64,000 nucleotides of DNA. Source: Coniocarpon cinnabarinum. Its lineage: Eukaryota. The stretch is from the NCBI GenBank assembly GCA_051942205.1, contig JAVECO010000135.1:1-64000 (forward strand), in the 5' to 3' direction. Below, piece by piece: positions 13,347-23,131 of this stretch (within the stretch, counting starts at the first letter, position 1; each line of letters begins with the position of its first letter). The position numbers were made by a program, and so were the translations under genes. The notes beneath the pieces are model-generated. The model worked only from the letters and a program-made list of their open reading frames with translations, was not told where the DNA came from and made no database searches.

Positions 13347-13405
13347 GTACGTTCAATCAGTACTCCGTCTTCACAGATGGCTCTCTTGCTAACGAGGCTC
13401 CGAAG
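13347..13405 (+). other. Spliceosomal-type intron 1 in the tRNA D-loop (between positions 14 and 15)
   Basis: 59 nt: 5' GTACGT, branch GCTAAC (13388-13393), 3' AAG. Exact removal restores TAGCTCAGTGGTAGAGC. Confidence 0.88.
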
Positions 13406-13427
13406 GTGGTAGAGCGCGTCACTAGTA

Positions 13428-13443
13428 TGCAACAATGACGGCG
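13428..13443 (+). other. Canonical tRNA (endonuclease-type) intron at position 37/38
   Basis: 16 nt TGCAACAATGACGGCG, starting one base 3' of the AGT anticodon. Its antepenultimate G can pair with C32 (anticodon-intron pair). Confidence 0.85.
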
Positions 13444-13477
13444 ATGACGAGGCCACTGGTTCGATTCCAGTAAAGGG

Positions 13478-13536
13478 GTGCGTTATAATCCAACTTCCCG
13501 GCGTGGTACTACTTCCTGTACTAACGGTTAGATTAG
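13478..13536 (+). other. Spliceosomal-type intron 2 in the 3' strand of the acceptor stem (between positions 71 and 72)
   Basis: 59 nt: 5' GTGCGT, branch ACTAAC (13520-13525), 3' TAG. Removal supplies C72 and A73, turning a G1:G72 mismatch into G1-C72. Confidence 0.85.
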
Positions 13537-13564
13537 CATGCAATTTGTCCTCTCTCGATGTCTC

Positions 13565-13579
13565 TTTTTCTTGATTTTT
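13565..13579 (+). terminator. Candidate Pol III oligo-T terminator(s)
   Basis: TTTTT at 13565-13569 and 13575-13579. These are the first T5 runs after tRNA G1 and lie downstream of intron 2. Confidence 0.55.
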
Positions 13580-14507
13580 GTCTTCTGCCTCTACCTTTTG
13601 CTACAACAAGAACACTATCACGTAAGCTCGCATGGTCACCTATGGTGTGACCGACAATACGTACGAAGGGTTGACGAACCACCCCTTGAAAAGTTCGCAG
13701 GTCTTATAATCTTGCGTTGGGTCAAACATAGCTCTGCGATGGTAATGGGTTGACCCGAGCTTTTTGGGCAACCTTGTTCTTGTGTTTCTTGGATTCATTT
13801 ACATGAGGTCTACGAACCGACGATTATTTTGCGCATTCCCCCTGGTCTTCGCAACGACGGTACAGCGCGTCTTGCGACTGACGTTGGTACAACATTCCCA
13901 GCGTCCTCGTGTCCTCCATCTCCCTTTCGACTTGCCAGTTCCATGTCTGCTCGACGTATTGTTAAAGCATTCTTTGGAGTAAGGTAGGAGCAAGGTAAGC
14001 TCTTCACATTAAAGTCGCACGTAAGCTAGTTTACGTCTCAATCGAACAATGGTACCCATACAATGTAGTAGAGCATGTATCACGCAAGAATGAGCATTAT
14101 GCAGTCGACCAAAGCTCCCCATAGACATCCGCAAAGAAGACAATCTCCTCTCTTCTCCTCTACCTTACCATACGAGGTCTTAGTAATATAAACGTAGGAT
14201 CCTCGCCTTGAAATTTGTGATGGCAGCTCACATGGCCCCATTCGCCCCATTCGCCCTGTCAGGTTTGTGTCAGAGACGCGGATCCGAGACGGGTCCATTG
14301 TTGGTCACAAAGCCGACAGGTGGTCTACCAGACCGGTCTTGCCGGAACGGCCCTCATTCTGGCCACCTTTTGACTACACATGATTGAGCCTCTTCTCGAA
14401 CCGCGTGCATGGCCAATACATGCCCAGAAATGAACCTTGGCATCTTGCACACATTGGATCCCCCTTGAGTAAATTCCTGCACATTGCGCTTTCTTGTACG
14501 CATCAGC

Positions 14508-16139
14508 ATGCCCGACCAGGAGGCACAGAATGGTACTACAGAAGAAAAAATCTATCTCGTGGCTAGCCCCAAGTCCTGGCCTTCGCGACCCTTGAGGAAT
14601 GCTCTTCCTCGTCAGCGATACGCTGCCACCGCGGCACTGACATGCGTGGCGTTACTGCTGCTGCTTTGGTTCCTGGCACAGTTACAGTACCATCCATGGC
14701 GGGATTCAACGACGAAATGGGCTGCGAACGAGTCCGCAAATGCGTTTCAAGCGCCCGAGTCACACGACAGCAGTTCGACGACGGGACCCATGCATCTGGT
14801 AATCTTTGCTTCCAAGGCCAATGTGAACCTGTGCAAGTTCCTGCTCGGCGCCTCCATCCTGGGCTATCCCACGCCAATCCTCGTCGCCTGGGACGACAAG
14901 TTCGAGCGGCCTAATTACCTCTATGGAGGCGCCCAACTGGCGAAGATCACGCATGGGTCCATGTATCTGGACTCATTACCGGCTTCACAGGACAACGACA
15001 TGGTCCTCATGTTGGACGGCTACGACATCTGGCCTCAATTACCGGCATCCGTGCTCCTTCAACGCTTTGAGAGGTTGATCAACGACACCCGCACGCGCAT
15101 GGAAGCCACACTTGGTTCTCAGACGGTCCAAGAGGAGCATCTCGAGCCTCGCGTCCTCTTCGGCGCCGGCAAACGCTGCACGAACCAGGCGCACACCGTA
15201 GGCTGCTACGCTCTCGCCGAGTCGCCCCTCCCCGATGATCTCTACGGCAACAACACAGACACCATCGTCGGCCGCAACTTCTGGTACTCGCAGAAGCAAC
15301 GCTATCTCAATTCCGGCGTCGCCATGGGTCGCGCGCGGGATATGCGCCGTCTCTTCAAGGAAGCCTCCCGCCAGTTGAAGCAGCAACCCGACCATGACCC
15401 GAACGACAACGGATCCCATGACAGCGACTTTGTGTACCACGGCTCGGACCAGTCCATCTTCGCGACCATGTTCGGCAAGCAGGAGTGGGCGCGCGAGAAA
15501 CTCCGCCTGAAGCATGCGAAGCCTGGTGCGAAACCGCGATCATCGCGCGTCATGGGCTCACCGATTGATAACGTGCTGTACCCCAGCTCGACACACGAGG
15601 ACTTTAACCCAAACCTGACAGATGGCAACCCCTTCGAATTCGGCATCTTCCTCGATTACTTCAGCGATGTCACGCATCAGACCGTAAACTCGGAGCGCGA
15701 CGCCACATGGATCAACTACAGCCAGCAGCCTCTAAACAACCAAGTATCCAAACGACACCAAATGGATTGTCCCGTCCGCATCCCCGAGCAGCTGCCCTCC
15801 GACGTGACAAACGCCAGTATTCCCCTGATGGAGCAAGTCCGCTGGTCCTCGCAATGGCTCTACACCCACCTCTGCCTGAGCCGCATTCCCGTGTTCGTAC
15901 ATCACAACGGCATCAAAAGCAAGCGTGAGACCGACTGGGAATGGATGTGGTATCAGTCATTTGCGGGCACGATGCTGGCGGCCATGCAGAAGATGCTACC
16001 GGTCGATCGGCGGACGTACGAGGGCATGAGGGGAAGTCCACGCCAGTTGGGGGCTGGGGACGCGTGGACGGCGAAGGGGAACCATTTAGATTGGGCGGAG
16101 CTTTGTCCGGGGAAGTGGAGGCGGGAGATCTTTGGGTGA
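14508..16139 (+). CDS. Type II membrane glycosyltransferase-like protein (PLOD-type GT-A domain), paralogue 1
   Basis: N-terminal TM, HLVIFAS..NLCKFLL..GYPTP, LDGYDIW (DxD-like), LFGAGKRC, YLNSGVAMG, SDQ and VHHNG. Intronless. Confidence 0.72.
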   Translation: MPDQEAQNGTTEEKIYLVASPKSWPSRPLRNALPRQRYAATAALTCVALLLLLWFLAQLQYHPWRDSTTKWAANESANAFQAPESHDSSSTTGPMHLVIFASKANVNLCKFLLGASILGYPTPILVAWDDKFERPNYLYGGAQLAKITHGSMYLDSLPASQDNDMVLMLDGYDIWPQLPASVLLQRFERLINDTRTRMEATLGSQTVQEEHLEPRVLFGAGKRCTNQAHTVGCYALAESPLPDDLYGNNTDTIVGRNFWYSQKQRYLNSGVAMGRARDMRRLFKEASRQLKQQPDHDPNDNGSHDSDFVYHGSDQSIFATMFGKQEWAREKLRLKHAKPGAKPRSSRVMGSPIDNVLYPSSTHEDFNPNLTDGNPFEFGIFLDYFSDVTHQTVNSERDATWINYSQQPLNNQVSKRHQMDCPVRIPEQLPSDVTNASIPLMEQVRWSSQWLYTHLCLSRIPVFVHHNGIKSKRETDWEWMWYQSFAGTMLAAMQKMLPVDRRTYEGMRGSPRQLGAGDAWTAKGNHLDWAELCPGKWRREIFG

Positions 16140-16257
16140 TTGGAATTTAGCGACGTGATTACGATAGCTTTGTACAGTCGATTCCTTTGAACGCTAATTG
16201 AAGTAGCATTACTGTACAAAGGACTTTTCATTCGCAGAAGACGCTTCATTGATATCT

Positions 16258-17926
16258 TCAAGGCGCATCCGCAAATACGTTCCGCTCAAATCTCTTACAA
16301 AGCCCATCCCAATTCATGGGCCTGCCGGAGTCCGCAACACCACCACCCAGACTTATATCAGAAGCATTGACAGGCACAAAAGGGTACCAACTCCTCCCGT
16401 CTCGAGTCTTTGTATATCGCTGTTTCGCCTTGAGTACTCCCGCATTCTCAGTAATCTCTTTGCCGTACTCAGCATACCACATGCGGAACCACCACCGGTC
16501 TATCCAATGCTTCGGCGGCGTGAAATGGATCAGGCCCCAAACTCTGTCGGTAGCAATGTTGCGACCGAGAAGCATGTCGGACCAGCTTAGTGATGGCGGC
16601 AGCGGTGTCTTCCCAGCGACGTGGTTACGGGATACGTGTGCAAAGGGCGACTTGGCCGCCGCAATATCGCGCGGTAATCCTTGCCCGTGTTTTGGGTGGG
16701 AACCCGTCGCTGTCATTGAGCCAGCATGCGTCCAATCGATAAACGGATCGTAAAACGCGACCGTCTGGAAAAGCTCCGACTCGTAATCCAACGTGACGTG
16801 GAACTCAACCGACTGATCCTCGCCCAGATCCGGCGCCTGAAGCTTCTGCTTCACCCAGTGGCCGTCCGGTCCTCCGCTCCAGACTTTGTGCTCCAGTGGT
16901 GGCGCTGTCCCTGCTATTGACTGACGCGCGAACTCCTGCATGCCCCACAGCTCAGAGAAATAAAATTGATCCGAGTCGGTGACGTGGTGATTCATAAGGC
17001 GTTCGTACGTCGCTTGATACAGCTTGCGCATGTCTTCGAGCGGGCCCATGACAGTACCGGAGTTCAGATGCCGCGGTCGTGCCAGATGTGCGAAACCAGG
17101 GGCATCGGTTCGCGGCCCAAATGCATGTTCGGGCAATGTCGAGTTCGGCGGGGCCCAGCAGCCGATTCGAAATTGACTCCAGGGGAAACAGACCTTGTCT
17201 GGGCCGAAGATGATGGACTGATAGAGCTCGTGCTCGCGCATCAGTTCTGTACCATTTGGTCCAAGAGATTCTCGGAGCCGTTCGTTCGCCTTGTCGATGA
17301 TGGAGAAGTAGCGCTGGATGAAGATCTCGGGTGGCAGTTGCAGCCATATGTCGAAGCCGTCAATGATTAGAGCAAGGTCATCTGGCCGAGCTTGTGGAGG
17401 CTGTAGAGAGGTTATGTTGTTGGAATTAGTGACGTTGCGCGGGCTCAGAAGTTTGTTTAGGTGATCTAGTGTCCCCTTGATCTTGGCTGCGTGTATCTTG
17501 AATTTGTCGATATTGTGAGCATGATCCCAATTGACGAAGACTGGTAAAGGAAAACGAGTGGCGGCTGCTGATAACAGTAGACGACATAGGTTTGGATTGC
17601 TATGTGTGGCAGGAACGAGGAAGTGGAAGTGCGCGTCTCTATCTTGGTGCGCGGTTGGGCTGTGGTGCTCGAGAAAACGAGTGACTGAAGATAGTGAGGG
17701 TGCAGGTGGTTCTATATGGGTGCCAAAGGTTATTTTAGGAAGTACGTTGGATACCGAGAAGGCCTTGATGTAGTCAGTACGAGTAGCAGAAGGCGTACGA
17801 GGAAGCTAGTGATCTTACTCCACGTGTGGTGAAAATGAGGACGGTTAGGAAAAGCGCGAGGCCTGCTAAGAAGACTCCTCGACGACTGCTCTTGAGCTCT
17901 TGATTGAAGAGGTGCCAGGGATTCAT
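16258..17926 (-). CDS. Type II membrane glycosyltransferase-like protein (PLOD-type GT-A domain), paralogue 2
   Basis: Exon 1 MNPWHLFNQELKSSRRGVFLAGLALFLTVLIFTTRG, then an intron (~17765-17817), then HFLVPAT..NLCRLLL, IDGFDIWLQLP, IFGPDKVC, HLNSGTVMG, SDQ and IHFT. Confidence 0.72.
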
Positions 17927-18571
17927 TGGCCCTCAAGGCAGCATTAAAAGCCTAGTTGACAGAATCGATGATAGCGACTTCGACAGAGGGCGAACGCTAC
18001 TGCTATGGTGCTCGTATCTGGAAAGTTGGGGCATGACGGAACTTAGGTCATGGCTATGTTCATAAAAGGAACGTCTCGCAAGACGAAAGCACAGAGAGAA
18101 GATAAAGGCTGGCCGTGAGGCTATTGCAGTACAAAACGAAACGATAGGTAGATAGGTCAAAAGAAAGGTCACCGTGCTCACGGCTGCTCGCCGGAACAGC
18201 TGTCAAGGCTAAGGAGGAAACATGTTGTTGGATGCGGACGCTGGCGTGTCCTCAATCGGCTTCTACGGTCGAGAGCGCCCACATCTGCAACAGAACCCGA
18301 TGCATGGGCTGACGGCGGACCCAAATTCTACGCGGTGGTGACAGCTGTACGTTCCAAACATCTCGATGGCAGAAGGGTGGACGGAGTGGACAGGAGCTGA
18401 GCCGTGCGGACCTTGATTACTCCAGTGGATCGCCCCGTTGCGCGAGCATCGGCAGGACGAGTTGGTCATGCTGAGAGGCGGCAAGTGCGCCCATGTTCAG
18501 AGGCGAGAACGGCATAGGGTGGTGAAGGACGTCAAAGAGAGGGAGGAGTGGGAATTGAGGGCGCCCGCGGT

Positions 18572-18683
18572 GATCAGGATCAGAATCAGAATCAGAATGG
18601 ATTGCACAGTGTGGCAGTCAAGGTTCGGGTTCAAGAGTGCCAAGGGTGCCAAGCTTGGGTGTCCGAGGTGTCCGAGGTGTCCC
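18572..18683. repeat. Short tandem micro-repeats
   Basis: (ATCAG(G/A))n at 18572-18598, GTGCCAAG x2 and GGTGTCC x3 at 18658-18682. Confidence 0.5.
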
Positions 18684-18854
18684 AGTGAGCCGCCTGCACC
18701 GCCCCCAACGCCCCAAGTGAAGGGTGTCGCGGGGCTCTTACGCGCCTTTTCCAGGGATCCTGCTGACACGTGCGTTTCGAATGTAAAGCCACAGACTCTG
18801 TTGGCGGTGCCAGGATGCTCACCCTGTTGCTTGATAATCGTTCAATTCGTGCCA

Positions 18855-20024
18855 TCATCTGGCGCTGCTATTAAGCTCGACCTTCGAGTACAGCGCTGCA
18901 CCGGCAACCGTGATGCCCATCCCGACTGCATTCACCGGCGTCACCGTTACCTGAAACCAGACTACTCCCAGCAGAATGGTCAAGATCTGCTTGATATTTG
19001 CTGCCACCGCCATCGTCAAGGCTCCTGCTGCTTTGTTCGTCTGGAACGAGCTGACATTCAACACGAATGCCAGGAAGCCATTACCAAGCACCGCCAGCAG
19101 TACGCGACTCGGCAAGTCCCCCTTGTCCATTGCGGAGAAGAATCTGTCCCACTCGCCGGCGAAGAAGGCGCATAGCAGGCTTTGCGTAGCTGCCAACGGC
19201 GCCATGCGGAAGAGTAGCTCTAGTGGAGAGAGCTTCAGGTGGCCGACCATGAGACGGTTGGAGGCCATGCTCTTGATCGTCGCCAACAAGACTCCTAGAA
19301 ACGTGACTAGGAATCCGGAAATGGTGCAGTAAACGTCGCCGTAGGTGGCCAAGGAAGCGCCGACGACGATTGGTATTAGCGTGAGATACGTGGACGTGTT
19401 GTAGGATCGTGAATAGAATAACCGGTACAAGATCACTGTCGTTGCTGGACATGTAGATCTTAGTATTTGATGAAACGGCACGGACACCATAGCACTGTAC
19501 CAAAGTCATTAGACAATCGTAAGTCTCCAAGGGTGGCCTCGAGTCACTTACAGTGATATATTTGAAGCAGCAATGTTGGCCGTGAACAGAACCGAGAATG
19601 CCACAAGCTTCAAGTCTTCTCGTACACTTAGCCTGCTAAGCTTCAATCTTCCGGAGATGTACAGTGGCAAGCAGCCCACAAAGAGGCAGATGGCATGAAG
19701 ACTGGTGAGTAGCCAGGGAAATGCAAAGACACCCAGCACTGCTTTGTTGTAGATCGTCAACCCCAGATTGAGGGCGAAGTAGCCGGCCAACATGGCGAGT
19801 TTGGTTTTGGTGCTAACACGATATTCCGCGCCATCGTTGGTAGACGTATCATGCGGTTCATCAAATAATTCGTGCTGCTTCTCGATGTCCCTACCACCTT
19901 CTGAATGACCCAACAACGATCTGGATTCTTGCCGGGTCAAGTCGTCATCGCTGTCGCTGCTGAATGAGTCTGGAGTCGGGAGACGGGTCTGTGAGACCTT
20001 CTCTGAAGGAAGGCCATAGTCCAT
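18855..20024 (-). CDS. Nucleotide-sugar transporter, triose-phosphate translocator (TPT) family
   Basis: YFALNLGLTIYNKAVL..FPWLLTSLH, LFTANIAASNISL, then an intron, then MVSVPFHQILRSTCP and NKAAGALTMAVAANIKQ. Multiple TM helices. Confidence 0.9.
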
Positions 20025-20878
20025 GAGACACCACGTCAAATGAATGACAGAGAGAGCGCTTTGGGACGATGTTCTTCACGAAAAAATACAACAGTAAAGA
20101 ATGGCAGCCTGAACCCAGGCCAAGGATGAGCTCTTACAGCGGAGAGTGAGCACGACTAGAATCTGCAGCGGGTGAAAGTCATTGACATCGCGTTAAATGC
20201 AGGAAAGGAAAGGAAAGAAGGGCAGCGCGACGAAAGCAGATACGCTGACACGGCTGAAGTGGGCGCATTGCCAAGAGCTTAATGCTGTGATACGAACTGT
20301 GATGCCTCTCGCCGCTGATGCTGCGCCGCAGCGGCCGCATGCGTGACACCTTGGCCACACACGGCTGACAATAAGTGGCTACACGCTGGCAGGAGGAAAG
20401 GCGCTCGCAGGATGCAACGGAAGCGGATAGGTGAGGATTTCCCGTGGAAAAGAAGTCTTGTTGGCGGCAGAGTCGAGTTTGGGTGTGGTCTACCTGAGTT
20501 CGGACACGCTATCACGGGCTTCCTAAAGAAGCATCCCTCGAACCTGCCACGTCTGACGTTTCAGCATTTGACTGATAGGGTACATGTGAGATAGGTAGAC
20601 GTCACCCACCTGTCGTCCAGCTGCACCACCTGGCTTCTTCGCAATCACCTCATCGCCAGGATCAATGGTGTAGACACATCTTCCCGATGGCCGGTCTTTC
20701 ACTGGTCACCTGCTCGGCCTGGGTAGCGGCCCAGCAACTGACCTGTCTTGGTGTGGTCTGATAGTGACTAGGCTTGCTCCAATTTGTTCCTCGTTGTGAT
20801 CAGGATCAGTCGAAGGTTGTGAGAGGTGATAGGCATGCTGCTTCAAGCTGCTGCTTGCTAATCACCTAGCACGTAATC

Positions 20879-22709
20879 ATGGTCGCTCTGTCGCAGAACA
20901 AACATGTGTCAATCAATAGATATCTGATTCAAAACCGCCCTGACTCCACTTCGCCTAGTGCTCACCATCGTTACGAGCCAGATTGTGAAAGCTCCCCTTC
21001 GAGAAGCGGTCGCGCTGAGTCTTTGGAGGCTCGGGATGGTTATGGAGATATGACCACTAACGGTGTTTGTGCAGCAGTCACTCGTAGAGTCAAGAGAATA
21101 TGCTGCATTGGAGCCGGTTACGTCGTATGTCTTTCCGCCATTTCCCGTACGCATGACCTTGAGCTAATGGTGTGCTATCAAGGGAGGCACCACATGCGCC
21201 GTGATCGCCAGCAAGTGCCCCAACATCGATGTTGTCGTCGTAGACATCAACGAGGAGCGTATCCGTGCCTGGCGGTCCGACAATTTGCCCATATACGAGC
21301 CCAGTCTGCGCGAGCATGTCACTCTCTCACGTGACGGAGAGCTTGATCGTCCGCCGAATCTCTCATTTTCCACCAACGTCGATGCCGCGATTGAAGCCGC
21401 GGACTTGATCTTTTTAGCCGTAAACACGCCGTATGTTTGTCCTGCTTCGTGATTCCCTTATGGCTGTGGCCAGCAGTCTTCAAAACATATTGGTGCTGAT
21501 AAACTGTGTCGCAGTACTAAGAGTGCAGGCATCGGCGCAGGTCACGCATTGGATATCGGCTACATCGAAAGTGGCGTCCGACGTATTGCCACCAGTTCAC
21601 GTACCGACAAGATTGTCGTCGAGAAATCAACAACACCTTGTCGCACCGCCGAGTTCGTACGGGAAATCCTAGCCGCCAGCGGTCGACCCGGCGTGCGATT
21701 TCGTGTTTTGTCCAATCCAGAGTTCCTTGCAGAGGGGACAGCCATTGCCGATCTGCTACAGCCGGATCGGATATTGATAGGTTCGGTCCCAGGCGACGAG
21801 AGCGAAGCTCAAGCAGCAGAGGCGCTGGCTGAGGTCTATGCCACTTGGATCCCGCGTGATCGTATCATCACTACCAATCTCTGGTCTGCGGAGCTTGCCA
21901 AAATGGCTGCCAACGCCATGCTCGCTCAACGCATTTCGTCAATTAATTCTATATCAGCCATTTGTGAAGCCACCGGTGCTGACGTCAGCGAGGTGTCACA
22001 TGCAGTGGGATTGGACAAGCGCATTGGACCACACATGCTCAAGTCGTCCGTGGGGTACGGTGGTTCGTGTTTCCGAAAAGATGTCCTCGGTCTAGCATAC
22101 CTCGCCGAGTCTCTCCACCTACCAGAAGTGGCAGCCTATTGGAACCACGTCGTCCTGATCAATGAGTGGCAGAAAGCGCGCTTCTCTAAGAGAGTCGCTG
22201 CGTGTCTGTACAACACGATGGTCAACAAGAAGATCGCTGTCTTCGGCTTTGCGTACAAGAAGAACACCGCAGACACGAGAGAGTCACCAGCGATATCCGT
22301 CGTGAACCAAATGGTGGCCGAGCGCGCTCAAGTGTCTGTTTACGACCCCATGGTCCCGGAGCAAGCAATACTGAACGAACTGTACGCTACACACGCGAAC
22401 ACTCGAGATACGGTCGCCAAGCACGTGGTTATTGCAGAAGACCCATACGCAGCGGCGCGAGACGCGCATGCGGTTGTTGTCCTCACCGAGTGGGATGACT
22501 TCAAGGTCTCATCGACGCCGAAAAGGGGTAGCGTGGGTACAACGGGCAGACAACCGGTGGATTGGCAACAGGTCTTTTCGCTCATGACGAAGCCTTCGTT
22601 CGTCTTCGATGGAAGGAATGTGCTTGATCATGCTGCCCTGGAGCAGATGGGCTTCAACGTCGAATGTATCGGAAAGCGCAAATCTGCCGCTTCGCCAGGG
22701 TTTCGATAA
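20879..22709 (+). CDS. UGD1: UDP-glucose 6-dehydrogenase
   Basis: [69 protein letters not shown] and FDGRN. Two introns. The start could instead be at 21050. Confidence 0.93.
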
Positions 22710-23131
22710 TCAAAAGTTTCGAGAAAAAGGCGACGCACCCATGTTGTAGCAGGATGAGTTTCCCTGATATACGTTCTATGGGCGTTACTCATTGTGAGAG
22801 GGGTGTACGTTATAGCATGGTTGAATTGAGTTCGGGTAGACAAAGGCGAGAGGTGCTTCCGAATCTATGGAACACTTTCTTCGCGACGAACAGTCAAGTC
22901 CGAGCACCTCAGCCTCTTCCATGCCATGTCCATCCAGTAGCATTTTGACAGGCACTCGACGCCACATGTCAAACCCTTGCCTTGGTCAGCGCCACATTGA
23001 AGACCCGTCTATGCACTCTCCACCTCATCACTTCACCTCCCCCGCTCCCGACTCCCACACCGCCACTTGCCCACTCACCCACTCATCTCCTCATCCCTTC
23101 ACCTCTCCCATCCGTTCACACCGTCAAACCT

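Larger units (their letters stand above)
13333..13538 (+). tRNA. tRNA-Thr(AGU) gene interrupted by two spliceosomal-type introns and one canonical tRNA intron
   Basis: Exons 13333-13346, 13406-13427, 13444-13477 and 13537-13538 join to GCCCTTTTAGCTCAGTGGTAGAGCGCGTCACTAGTAATGACGAGGCCACTGGTTCGATTCCAGTAAAGGGCA (72 nt). Stems: acceptor GCCCTTT/AAAGGGC, D GCTC/GAGC, anticodon CGTCA/TGACG around CT-AGT-AA, T ACTGG/CCAGT around TTCGATT. Discriminator A. Confidence 0.9.

Noticed and set aside
13347..13405. Reading the D-loop insert as an archaeal-style bulge-helix-bulge intron or a random insertion in a pseudogene
   Set aside because: No BHB pairing is evident at the junctions, GT/branch/AG signals are exact in both inserts, and all tRNA stems are intact.
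13328..13543. 71-aa minus-strand ORF over the tRNA locus
   Set aside because: No protein features; the plus-strand cloverleaf and splice signals explain the sequence.
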